From the NCBI GenBank assembly GCA_977017645.1, contig OZ360243.1, positions 69,130,001 to 69,194,000 on the forward strand: a stretch of DNA of 64,000 nucleotides, read 5' to 3'. The position numbers and the translations under genes were made by a program. Below the pieces are notes generated by a model. The model did not search any database. It had not been told where the DNA came from and saw only the letters and a program-made list of their open reading frames with translations. Source of the stretch: Torpedo marmorata. Its lineage: Eukaryota. Positions 11,050 to 22,160 of the stretch are shown here, one piece after another. Each line of letters opens with the position of its first letter. The stretch's first letter is position 1.

Positions 11050-14000
11050 CAAAGGGGGCCAATATACTAGCAGTTACGTTTAATAATGCTGTTGGATTTG
11101 ATTTAAACTAATTTGGCAGGGGGAAGGGAACAGGACTGATAGGGAAGCAGATAGGAGAGTGAATATAGGGGTGGTTCCGATAGACGGTGAAACCATAAGG
11201 AAAAAGGGAACTAAAAGTGATAGGAGAGTAGGGGCAAGTGCATCAGGAACAAAGGTGGAGGAAGAAGGGAGATATGGTATCAAGGTATTGTATATGAATG
11301 CACGGAGTGTAAGGAATAAAATGGATGAGCTTGAGGCGCAAATGGCAATGGGAGGTTATGACATTATCGGAGTTACGGAGACATGGCTGCAGGAGGGACA
11401 GGATTGGGAAATAAATGTTCCAGGGTACACGTCCTATAGAAAGGACAGAAAGTTAGGAAGAGGTGGTGGGGTAGCTCTGTTGGTAAGTAATGAAGTTCAG
11501 GCGTTTGAAAGGAAAGACATTGAAACAGGTGGGGTAGAGTCTGTTTGGATAGAATTAAGAAATTGCAAAGGCATGAAGACCATAATGGGGGTCATTTACA
11601 GGCCTCCGAAAAGTAGCTCAGATATAGGAAGTAGTATAAATCAGGAATTAAGAGTGGCATGTCAAAGTGGTAGCAATACGGTAGTCATGGGGGACTTCAA
11701 CATGAAGGTGGACTGGGAAAATCAGACGGGGGCAGGAAAACAAGAGAGTGAGTTTATAGAATATCTACGAGACACATTCATGGAGCAGCTAGTGGAGGAA
11801 CCTACCAGGGGGAAGTCGATTCTGGACTTGGTGCTGTGCAGCGACGCAGAGTTAATTAGTGACCTCGAAGTAGGGGTGCCATTAGGGAATAGTGACCATG
11901 GTATGGTTACTTTTGATCTGCAATTGGAAAGGGAAAAAGAAAGGAAGTCGGAAGCATCTATACTGCAGTTAAATAAAGGGGATTATGCAGCTATGAGGGA
12001 GGAGCTAGCCAAAATAAAATGGAAAGATACACTAGCTGGGAGGACAACTGGGGAAAAATGGCAGGTATTTTTGGACATTTTTCACAGGATTCAGGACAAA
12101 TTCATTCCAAAGTGGAGGAAAGGCTCAAGGAGATGCAAATGGCAGCCGTGGCTAACTAATGAAATCAAGGGCATTATCAAGTCCAAAGGGAGTAAGTATA
12201 AGATAGCAAAGCAGAGTGGGAAGCTAGAGGATTGGGAAACCTTCAAAGAACATCAGAGGGTAACTAAGAAAGTCATACGAGAGGGGAAAATGAAGTACGA
12301 GAGGAAATTAGCAAGTAATATAATAGAGGATAGCAAAAGCTTTTTTAAATATGTGAAGAGGAAGAAATTGGTTCGGTCTAAAATTGGTCCATTAAGAATG
12401 GAAAAGGGTGGAATTATTACTGGAAACAAGGAAATGGCTGAGGAATTTAACAAGTACTTTGCATCTGTCTTCACCAAGGAGGATATAGGTTATGGTCAGT
12501 TAGGGGGTAGTGGTCATGCAGTATCAAGAGACTTGGGGAACTTTCCTGGGGAAGTAGGGAATCTGATAGATATTCGGATCCAGAAGCAGGAGGTTGTGAG
12601 TAAATTGTTGGGACTGAGGGCTGATAAATCCCCAGGGCCTGATGGGCTGCATCCCAGGGTGCTTAAAGAGGTTGCTCTGGAAATTGTGGAGGCACTGGTC
12701 GACATTTTCCAAAGCTCCATAGATTCGGGGGAGGTCCCTGTGGATTGGAGAGTGGCTGATGTGGTGCCGCTTTTTAAGAAGGGAGGGAGGGAGAAAACGG
12801 GAAATTATAGACCGGTCAGCCTGACGTCAGTGGTGGGGAAGATATTGGAATCTATCATAAAAGGAGTAATAGCAGAACACTTAGGCAGAAATAATAGTAT
12901 AAGGGCTAGTCAGCATGGATTCCTTAAGGGTAAGTCATGCTTGACTAACCTTCTGGAATTTTTCGAAGATGTGACAAAAAGGGTGGACTTGGGAGAGCCA
13001 GTGGATGTGGTGTATTTGGACTTCCAGAAGGCCTTTGATAAGGTACCGCACGGGAGACTAGTGGGCAAGATCAGGGAGCATGGTATTGAAGGTAAGGTGC
13101 TGACATGGATAGGAAGTTGGTTAAGAAATAGGAAACAAAGGGTTGGGGTAAGCGGGTCTTTTTCAGGATGGCAGGATGTGACGAGTGGAGTGCCGCAGGG
13201 ATCGGTGTTGGGTCCTCAGTTGTTTGTCATTTATGTAAATGATTTGGATGATGGGATTATTAATAACATGAGCAAATTTGCAGATGACACTAAACTGGGT
13301 GGCGGTGTAAAGTGTGAAGAGGATGTCAGGAAAATGCAGAGGGACTTGGACAGGTTGGGGGAGTGGGCTGAAGAATGGAAGATGAAGTTCAATGTGAGCA
13401 AATGTGAGGTTATCCATTTTGGGGGCAGTAATAGGAAAGCTGAGTATTATTTAAATGGAGACAAGCTAGGGAGTGGGGAAGTGCAAATGGATCTGGGTGT
13501 ACTTGTTCACCGGTCATTGAAGGCTAACATGCAGGTTCAGAAAGCTGTGAAGAAGGCAAATGGCATGTTGGCTTTCATAAAGAGGGGATTGGAGTATAGG
13601 AGCAGAGACGCCCTTCTGCAGTTGTACAGGGCCCTGGTGAGACCCCACCTGGAGTATTGCGTCCAGTTCTGGTCCCCAAATTTGAGGAAGGACATACTAG
13701 CTATAGAGGGTGTGCAGCGCAGATTTACAAGGTTAGTTCCAGGGATGGCAGGGTTGACATATGCTGAAAGGTTAGAAAAACTGGACTTATATCCGATGGA
13801 GTTTAGAAGGATGAGGGGGGACATGATTGAGGTATACAAGATTATCAAGGGGATAGATAGGGTGAAGTCAGATTACTTGTTCCCAATGATGGGAGAGACG
13901 AGGACTAGAGGGCATAGTTTAAGAATACAGGGACGGAGATGAGGAAAAATTTTTTTACCCAGAGAAGTGTGAATCTGTGGAATGCTCTGCCACAGAGGGT

Positions 14001-14190
14001 GGTAGAGGCAGATTCGCTGATTATGTTCAAAAGAGAGTTAGATAAGACTCTAGTGGGCAGAGGATTTAAGGGTTATGGGGATAAGGCTGGAAAGGGGTAC
14101 TGATAGTAGTGATCAGCCATGATCTGTAAAATGGCGGTGCTGGCTCGACGGGCCAAAGGGCCTACTCCAGCTCCTATTGTCTATTGTCTA
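11050..14190 (+). mobile_element. Young 5'-truncated CR1-clade LINE: end of ORF1, ORF2, 3' UTR and (CTATTGT)n tail
   Basis: ORF1 end KGANILAVTFNNAVGFDLN*, followed by a long ORF2. Tail ctattgtctattgtcta. Confidence 0.92.
11159..13942 (+). CDS. CR1 ORF2: APE endonuclease plus reverse transcriptase (927 aa; small deletion/frameshift near the C-terminus)
   Basis: YMNARS, GVTETW, MGDFN, SDH (APE); KSPGPDG, YRPVSLTS, YLDFQKAFDKV, GVPQGSVLGP, KFADD (RT). Confidence 0.92.
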   Translation: MNIGVVPIDGETIRKKGTKSDRRVGASASGTKVEEEGRYGIKVLYMNARSVRNKMDELEAQMAMGGYDIIGVTETWLQEGQDWEINVPGYTSYRKDRKLGRGGGVALLVSNEVQAFERKDIETGGVESVWIELRNCKGMKTIMGVIYRPPKSSSDIGSSINQELRVACQSGSNTVVMGDFNMKVDWENQTGAGKQESEFIEYLRDTFMEQLVEEPTRGKSILDLVLCSDAELISDLEVGVPLGNSDHGMVTFDLQLEREKERKSEASILQLNKGDYAAMREELAKIKWKDTLAGRTTGEKWQVFLDIFHRIQDKFIPKWRKGSRRCKWQPWLTNEIKGIIKSKGSKYKIAKQSGKLEDWETFKEHQRVTKKVIREGKMKYERKLASNIIEDSKSFFKYVKRKKLVRSKIGPLRMEKGGIITGNKEMAEEFNKYFASVFTKEDIGYGQLGGSGHAVSRDLGNFPGEVGNLIDIRIQKQEVVSKLLGLRADKSPGPDGLHPRVLKEVALEIVEALVDIFQSSIDSGEVPVDWRVADVVPLFKKGGREKTGNYRPVSLTSVVGKILESIIKGVIAEHLGRNNSIRASQHGFLKGKSCLTNLLEFFEDVTKRVDLGEPVDVVYLDFQKAFDKVPHGRLVGKIREHGIEGKVLTWIGSWLRNRKQRVGVSGSFSGWQDVTSGVPQGSVLGPQLFVIYVNDLDDGIINNMSKFADDTKLGGGVKCEEDVRKMQRDLDRLGEWAEEWKMKFNVSKCEVIHFGGSNRKAEYYLNGDKLGSGEVQMDLGVLVHRSLKANMQVQKAVKKANGMLAFIKRGLEYRSRDALLQLYRALVRPHLEYCVQFWSPNLRKDILAIEGVQRRFTRLVPGMAGLTYAERLEKLDLYPMEFRRMRGDMIEVYKIIKGIDRVKSDYLFPMMGETRTRGHSLRIQGRR

Positions 14191-14624
14191 CGTGTCCTGC
14201 ATATGTATTGTTTGTCTGTATGTGTGTTATGTCTCGTTGTGTGTCTGTGTGTTTTGCACCGAGGACCGGAGAACGCTGTTTCGTCGGGTTGTACTTGTAC
14301 AATCAGATGACAATAAACTTGACGACATAAAACAAGTGATAAATGTCAGCATCAATCTAAAATAAAATCAAGAGCTAGCTGTGCAAACTCACACTCTGGG
14401 TAAAGAGTTTCAATATAGTATGCAAAGAGCATCAAATTAACAGAATTAAACCTTGTAAACTGCCACAGCCCAGAAACGTATTGATTACCTGATATCGTTT
14501 TTGCAAAATCAAATGTGAAATTCAGTCCCACTGCTCAACTGAATCAATTTCTGCCACCATTGTCCTGGATTTTTAGCGCTACAAAGAATACATTTCACCC
14601 CTCGCTCCACGATCGTTGAAGGGA

Positions 14625-15400
14625 GCTGTTTGTTGACTTCAGGAAGGGAAAACCAGAGGTTTATGATCCAGTGATCATTGGGGGATCAGAGGTGGAGAGG
14701 GTGAGCAAATTTAAGTTCTTGGGAGTCACTATCTCAGAGGATCTTTCCTGGACCCAACATACTAATGGCATAGTGAAGAAAGCACGTCAGCGCCTCTACT
14801 TCCTCAGGAGTTTGCAGAGGTTTGGTATGACACCAGAAACCCTGAAAATTTCTACTGATGTGTGGTGGAAGGTGTGCTGACCGGCTGCATCATGGTCTGG
14901 TATGGGGACACCAATACCCCTGAGCGTAAAGCCCTGCAAAAGGTAGTGGACACAGCCCAGGACTTCACAGGTAAAACCCTCTCCACCATCGAGAACATCT
15001 ACAGGGAACGCTGCCGTCGGAGAGCAGCATCAATCATCAAGGATCCACACCACCCAGCACACACTCTGTTCTCGCTGCTACCATCAGGAAAGAGGTATAG
15101 GTGCCACAAGACTCGCGCCACCAGGTTCAGGAACAGCTGCTACCCCTCCACCATCAGACTCCTCAACAATAAACTCAATCAGGGACTCATTTAAAGACTC
15201 TTACTTTAGCACTTTATTGATTTTTTTCCCTCTCTGTATTGCAGTTATTTTGTTTACATTTTTTTATTTGTTTACATGTGTACGTTGTGTACAGTTTTTT
15301 TTGCACTACCAATAAGTGGTAATTCTGTCTCGGCCGCAAAAGAAGAATCTCAGGGTTGTACGTGATGTCATGTACGTACTCTGACAATAAATCTGAAATA
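14625..15400 (+). mobile_element. Rex1/Babar-like LINE 3' fragment, second family (aataaatctgaa tail)
   Basis: FKFLGVTISEDLSW, KKARQRLYFLR and DPHHPAHTLFSLLPSGKRY. Closely similar to 55505-56393. Confidence 0.85.
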
Positions 15401-15857
15401 AAAGCAGATAGTGCTGAAACTCTTCACAGCTCAGTGGAGCGAGAAACAATTAATGCTTCAGGTTAAAGACTCCTTGTCAGAAGCGCCTTCAACGTGAAAG
15501 GTTAACACTGCTTCCAACGTTTTCTGTTGTTATTTCAGATTTCAACATCTGGAGTATTTTCATTTTGATTTGAACTGATGTTCGTTGAACGAGTAGGTTC
15601 GATCTGCATTGTACCTCAGTACACTATCCTACAACCCTCAGTACCCCATCCTGACCTGTATTGTAGATAATCCCCAGTACATCATCCTCAGGACCATAAG
15701 AGGGGCAGAAAGGATCACTGGGGAATCCCTCCTCCCCACCCCCCCCCCCCATTGACACGATCTAACGGGATCGTTGTCTAGAGAGCTTGTAAAATCATTG
15801 AGGACCCCTACCACCCTGCACACAGCATCTTTCAGCTGCTCCCGTTGGGAAAGAGAG

Positions 15858-16440
15858 TCAAGATTCAATTTATTGTCATAGTAATAAGACAGTGTCATAT
15901 TCCATGAAATTTCTTTTTGCCTGCTGCAAGGCAGACAGATTCGCCACCGGCAGAAATTGCCTAAGCGCCTCTAACATTCCTTACAGTCAGAGAAAGAGAA
16001 GCAAAAGAGATTCCCCCCAGAGTCACCGAGTGTCCGTAGATTCGCTTCCAGCGCTTCCGCAGCCTCCGCAGCCACACAAAGTCCAGTCCAAACCATCGGC
16101 AACCCGAGCTCCAGATCCGAACCTCCAACACGGTCAGGGCGCCCTCGGCACCCCCTCGCATCCCGGTTCCGATACCTGGTACTCCTCCAGCCAGTTTGAG
16201 CCAGTCTCCAGCAGTCCGCAGCCCAGCGTGAGTCCCCCGACAGCAGTCTCCAGCAGCCCACAGCCTCCGCGGGTTCCTAGCCTCGAGTCACCAGCATGCA
16301 CTGGTCCTTCAGCCTCAGAGCCTCACTTTTCCGGCCCGTGGTCACCGTCCCGTGGGTCGTCTCCTCCGCTTCTCCTTCTCAGACTGGGGGTGATCTTCCC
16401 GTCCTCTGGTGCCCTGCTCCAGTCCTCCGCTTCCCTGGTA
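15858..16440 (-). mobile_element. Unclassified non-autonomous retroposon, copy A (5'-truncated)
   Basis: Reverse complement of ~26660-27250. Inserted in a Rex1-like fragment (15700-15857). Confidence 0.75.
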
Positions 16441-16889
16441 CTCTTGTGTGTCTAGAACAGTGGTTCTCAACCTTAGATGGTTAATATGAATGTTAATTGC
16501 ACTATGATGCTGCCGCAAAACACTGAATTTCATGACTTGTTCATGACAATAAATTCTGATTCTGATTCTGAGGTCCGGAGAACACTGTTTTTCGGTTGTA
16601 CTTGTGCAATCGGATGATATATAAACTTGAACTTGAAGCTCTAAACTTTAGTCTGAATATCACAAGACTTCAGCCAATGGAACTAGTGGAATATGTTCGG
16701 AGTTTGCACTCCGAGATTCGGACATTCAAGGGACAACATATTTCTCTTTAAAAGCAGGAAGTTAAGGAAGATACGATGAACAATTTACATCAATGTTTTC
16801 TCAGTGATTGCACATTTAGCACATTGGTGACAGTCATGTCATAGATGCACAGACTTTACAACACATGTATTGGCGTTAGACGTTGGGCT

Positions 16890-17145
16890 TAAATTTAAAA
16901 TTAGACATACAGCACGGTAACAGGCCATTTCGGCCCACGAGCCCGTGCTGCCCAAATATCCCAATTAACCTACAATCCCCGGTACGTTTTGAAGGGTGGG
17001 AGGAATCTGGATCACACGGGGAAAACCCATGCAGACACGGGGAGAACGTACAAACTCCTTATAGACAGCGCAGGATTTGAACCCCGGTCCCGATCGCTGG
17101 CGCTGTAACAGCGTTGTGCTAACCGCTACACTAACCGTGCCGCCC
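16890..17145 (-). mobile_element. Full-length V-SINE/HE1-like tRNA SINE
   Basis: Minus strand GGCGGCACGGTTAGTGTAGCGGTTAGC (A box) ... GGTTCAAATCC (B box), conserved core, and (TTTAAA) tail. Confidence 0.85.
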
Positions 17146-17266
17146 TAACATCCAAAACCTGAAAAAGAACAAGGACTTCTATAAAATGATCTCACTGCAC
17201 ACTGTTGACCAAAGGCAGCGGTGGGGGGGGCGGTGAATGATCCTTCGATGAGATGCTGGTACTTAC

Positions 17267-17361
17267 GTCTCATCTGTAAATGCTATCCCAAAGTATTCCT
17301 TCTCCTTCAGGCTGAAGTGCGATGCCACCAAGTCAAGCAACTCCTTTGCCAAGAGTTTAGG
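17267..17361 (-). CDS. FRMD4A: Internal coding exon of FERM domain-containing protein 4A (PKLLAKELLDLVASHFSLKEKEYFGIAFTDET)
   Basis: 95-nt exon with acceptor tttgtgttttctcttccag and donor gtaagt. The peptide matches the FRMD4A FERM N-lobe as I recall it; AKELL and IAFTDET fit 4A better than 4B. Confidence 0.9.
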
Positions 17362-17593
17362 CTGGAAGAGAAAACACAAAGGCATCAGTAGAGCATCGGT
17401 CAGCCAGAGACACGGGAAGCAAAATGCTGCAGATGCTGTACAACTGCAATAAAATCAAAATACTTCTGGGGATACTCATCAGCATCTGCGGAGATGGAGT
17501 TGACGTTTCAAATTTAATGACCCTTCGTCAGAATCCTTTCACCTCAGACTTTGGAGAAAGTGCTGACCAAGTTTAGTAGAATGATTCGAGTTA

Positions 17594-20113
17594 CAGTGCC
17601 CTCCCATAATGTTTGGGACAAAGAAATATTTTTCCTTTATTTGCCCCTGTGCTCCACAGTTTTAAATTTGCAATCAAACATTTCACATGTAATTAAAGTG
17701 CACATTCCAGATTTTATTCAAGGTTATTTGTATATATTTTGGTTTGACCATGTAGAAATTACAGCACTTTTTATACATAGTCCCCTCATTTCAGGGCACT
17801 GTAATGTTTGGGACATTTGGTGTCACAGGTGTCTGTGAGTACTCAGGTATGTTTAATTGCTTCATTTAAAAAAAAATATTTTATTTTTTCATTTTCACGA
17901 AAAGTCCATATAAACAAAAAATATACAGTTTCCAATTATACACATTATTATTAAACTCTCCCTCCCCCCAACTGAAAAGAAAAAACATTTAAAAAAAAGT
18001 AAAACATACAGAAGAAAAGGAAAAAGAAAATAAAAAACTAAACGTACCGTCAGTGCTTACATTGATTTTTTTAACCTTCTTGGAGACGTCACACCATTAA
18101 ATATTTATACTTTACATTGTACTGTACTTTAGGGTTTAAATTACAACTGGTCACCAATATACTCTCTGTATGGTTGCCACACCTTGACAAATGTATCATA
18201 TTTATTCCTAAGATTTTATGTGATTTTCTCCATAGGAATACAGCTGTGCATTTCTCCTGACCATCGAGTGATAAGAAGGGGGGAGTTGGACTTCCAAGTG
18301 ACTGCTATGCATTTTTTTGCTACGGACAAAGCAACTAGCACAAATTGAATTTGGAATTTAGATAATTTGTAGCTTATGTCCATTAGATTTCCTAAGAGAT
18401 ACGACTCTGGGTCCAGTGGAAAGGCTACTCCCGTATTTCTGGTTAGTGTATTAGATATATCATACCAAAAGGGTCGTAGCTATTTTCTCCCCTATAGTAT
18501 TTAGTCCAATTTGGACCCATGGAAGAATATCACCCTCCTCAAAAAAGGATAAGAGAAACCTCGACTGGGCTACTAAGTAATACTTAAAATCTGGTAATCG
18601 TAAACCCCCCAATTTATAATCCCACGTCATCTTTTCCATGGAGACTCTGGAAACTTTACCATTCCAGATGAACTGTCTTACAAATCCATTGAGTGTTTTG
18701 AAAAAAGTTTGTGGCAAAGGGATAGGTAAAGATTGAAAAGGTATTGCAATTTCAGCAACACCGTCATTTTGATACAATTAACCCTGCCCACTAATGTGAT
18801 GGGCAGTCTTCTCCATCTAAGTAAATCGTCCTCAATCTTTCCAAGCACCGGGAGGTCATTGAGTTTATATAAATTCTGTAGATTATTATCAGTCATTATC
18901 CCTAGATACTTAATACCTTCTGGTTGCCATCTAAAGCGACTCCCCTGTTGATATTTTTTATTAACAAATTTCATCAGTGGCATGATTTCACTTTTGTCTA
19001 TATTTATTTTATATCCTGAAATCATACCGTAATCCTCCAGTGTAGTCCGCAATTTGGTCAAAGACTCAGCCGGGTCTGTTAGATATAACAATACATCATC
19101 TGCAAACAAGTTAATCTTGTGATCCACCTTGAATCCCTTTATCTCTGGATCCCTCCTGATAACTTCCGCTAAGGGTTCAATTGCTAATACAAAAAGCCCT
19201 GGAGACAGTGGACAACCCTGCCTACTAGATCTACTCAGTGAGAATGTCAACAATCTCTGCCCATTCATTATAATTTTAGCCCGAGGTTTATAGTAAAGTG
19301 TTTTTACCCATTGGACAAATGATTGTCCCAGTCCGAACTTTTCGAGTACTTTAAATAAAAAAGGCCATTCCAGCCTATCAAAGGCTTTTTCCACGTCTAA
19401 AGACACGGCTATGCTCGGGTCTATTTTGGATTGTGCCAAATGTATTATACTAAATAATCTACCCAAGTTGTTAGCAGAGTGTCTCCTCTTTACAAAGCCG
19501 ACTTGATCCGGATTTATCAATTTTGGTAAATAATGACTTAATCTATTAGCTAATGCCTCAGCTATTGTCTTATAATCAGCTTTTAACAATGAAATAAGTC
19601 TATAGGAAGACAGCTTTAGTGGATCTCTATTTTTCTTAGGTATAACTGTAGTAATAGCTGTTGAAAAGGATTCCGGGAGAGTCTGTGTCTCCGCTGCCCG
19701 GTTAACCACATCCATAATAAGGGCATCAGAAGTTCTTTAAATTCTCTGTAGAACTCGGGCGGGAAATCATCCTCCCCCGGTGATTTATTAGTTTGTAATG
19801 TACTCAAGGCTTGTTTAATTGCTTCATTAATGCAGGTATAAGAAATCTAGGCTTGCTTCGAAGCTTTTGATCACCTTTGGAGTCTGTAGTTGCCATTTTT
19901 CAACGTGAGGACCAGAGTTGAGGGGACTATGTATAAAAAGTGCTGTAATTTCTACATGGTCAAACCAAAATGTACACAAATAACCTTGAATAAAATCTGG
20001 AATATGCACTTTAATTACATGTGAATTGTTTGATTACAAATTTAAAACTGTGGAGCACAGGGACAAATAAAGGGAAAAAAGTGTCTTTGTCCCAAACATT
20101 ATGCAGGGCACTG
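17594..20113. mobile_element. Non-autonomous Tc1-type element with ~195-bp TIRs and TA TSD, carrying a nested L1
   Basis: ta|cagtgccctcccataatgtttgggac ... gtcccaaacattatgcagggcactg|ta. Long inverted match between 17594-17788 and 19920-20113. Inner direct repeat taatgtttgggaca near 17801. Confidence 0.9.
17867..19811 (-). mobile_element. 5'-truncated L1-clade LINE with 17-bp TSD
   Basis: RT motifs SLDVEKAFDRLEW, RQGCPLSP and LFADD. TSD tgtttaattgcttcatt at 17850-17866 and 19812-19828. Confidence 0.92.
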
Positions 20114-20559
20114 TATAAGGACTTTTGTTCTGGGGACGAAACGGAAACACTCCTTGGAACACAGGAGGCTGGGAGGGGAATGTGAGAGGTATTTCAAATC
20201 ACAGACTAGAAAGAGGGAGAATGTTCCTATTGGTGGAGGGGTCAGATGTAGATGACTGGCAATAAAACCATGAGGAACAATGTTTAACAAGTTGAGTGGT
20301 TAGGATGTACAACGCAGTGCTGGCGGGAGGAGTGAAGCTGGATTCACTGTAATTCGAGATAACTCGTTTGGATAATTCAAGGAAACTTCAGTGTCCAGGA
20401 GCGCAGCAGGCTCCAGAAAAGCGGCGGATAGTTTTGGCAATGGAAGGGTTTTGTGGTCCCCATTACTACTGCTAACTTTTCATTCCTGAGTTATTCAAGA
20501 AAATTCCCAGCCAGTGCTGTGGGATTTCAATTCTCCAGCAGTGGGATCTGAGCTCAGCG

Positions 20560-20900
20560 ATGGAGTCAGAGAGATACAGCAGAGACACAGGCTCTTGGGC
20601 TCACCGAGTCTGTGCTAGCAACCCATCCTCCATTTACACTAATATTTCACCAATCCTATTTTTTCTCCCCAAATCCCCTCAACTCCTTCCCAGATTCTAC
20701 CCAACAGGGGCAATTCACAGCAGTCTACTAACCTGTCAACCTGCATGGGATGTGGGAAGAAACTGGAGCACCCGAGGTCAACCCACACTGTCAGAGGGAG
20801 AACGTGCAAACTCCACACAGTCAGCGCCAGGGGGACGGGGGTCAAGATTGAACCCGGGTTTTGGGTGCTGTGAAGCAGTGACTCCACTAGCTGCACCATC
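20560..20900 (-). mobile_element. Diverged V-SINE-like SINE
   Basis: ggagaacgtgcaaactccacacag core and a B-box-like ttgaacccggg. Confidence 0.6.
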
Positions 20901-21035
20901 ATGTTACCCCCACACTTTGAAATGACCAGTATCAGTAATCCCCCTCAGGATGGCAACATAGTACTCGTTGGACGATGCTGTGGTAAACTCTGTGGTAAAC
21001 ACCGGCACTCCTGCCAGTTTCAGAGCAATCTAGAG

Positions 21036-21268
21036 CAGCCATTCTCAACCTTTATTTGGCTTTAGCCCCCTAGGACTCTGCTCAACATTTATGGGCCCCC
21101 TTCCCTGTGAAGCAGTCAAGTTTTGGTTTCTTCTGTACTTCTCTCCTACCGACTACATAGAAAACATGACAAATATTCATGTTACGTGAGGTGAAAAGAA
21201 AACGAGGCTTTTACTTAAATGCGCTGTGGCCCCCAGTGGGGGTGTAGGACCCCCGTTGAGAATGGCTG
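21036..21268. mobile_element. hAT-Charlie-type MITE
   Basis: Perfect 14-bp TIR cagccattctcaac / gttgagaatggctg. 8-bp flanks atctagag and gtctagat fit the NTCTAGAN target. Confidence 0.85.
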
Positions 21269-21972
21269 GTCTAGATGCAGGGATTAACTTAAAATCGACC
21301 TACAACTGACTGCTTAAAAAAGTATCCAATGGATTCTAAAATGCGGACACTGACCAGGCTTTTCCACTTGCTGCACTAATGACAAAATCAGCGGTGACTT
21401 TAATCCAGAGCTTTGTGCCACTAACCAGCAGCTCTCATCCCAGAGACAGGCATTACATGATGTATCAGTGAGCACTCGATGCAAAACATATCAGATGATG
21501 ACTGTGTGTTAAATCTTCCTTCATTCCCTCATTGCTGATGACGAATGTGATGCTGGGGAAAAAAGAGCTTCAAAGAACCCCAGAGAACTCTTGTTCAGAA
21601 GGATGAGAAGTGATCTTGTTGAGATGCACAGGTTGGAGATACTTAGGTGATTTTTCCAGGCTACAATGTCGGGAAAGAGGAACACTACCTGAGGACTTGA
21701 GGTCAGCTGCCGAGGACTGACACGAGGTTAAATTCCTTCACTCAGAGGGTTGGGAATCCTTGGATTTCTCTGACCTAGAGAGCGATGGGGTGGACAGTTT
21801 TGGACACTAAGGGAACTGAGTGATCTGCCAAGGAAGTGGAATTGAGTCTGTGGATTAACAATCATCTTACTTTGTTATAGAGTTCACTCAAGGGGCGAAA
21901 TGGCCCCTTCTCGTCTTGATAATTGGTTCTTTCATTGCTTTGCTATGTTGGATTGAAATTTGCAATCATATG

Positions 21973-22160
21973 GGCCAGGCCATTGGGTGTATTTAAGGCA
22001 GAGATTAATAGGTTCTTGATTAGCCAGGGAATCAAAGGTTATGGGGAGAAGGCCGGGCAGTGGGGCTGAGTGGGGAAATGGATCAGCTCATGATTAAATA
22101 GTGGGGCAGACTCAATGGGCTGAATGGCCTATTTCTGCTCCTATGTCTTATGGTTTTATC
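21973..22160 (+). mobile_element. CR1 3' end fragment
   Basis: Same 3' UTR as 34770-34955, with tail ctatgtcttatgg. Confidence 0.8.

Larger units (their letters stand above)
10770..14322 (+). mobile_element. Rex1-like 3' fragment split by a CR1 insertion (halves ~10770-11049 and ~14192-14322)
   Basis: The two halves rejoin to match the copy at 6374-6764. Confidence 0.8.

Noticed and set aside
16459-16475. hAT TIR cagtggttctcaacctt after tctagaa
   Set aside because: Only one end found; too short to call an element.
17070-17145. tRNA gene
   Set aside because: The tRNA-like segment is the head of a multicopy SINE followed by core and tail.
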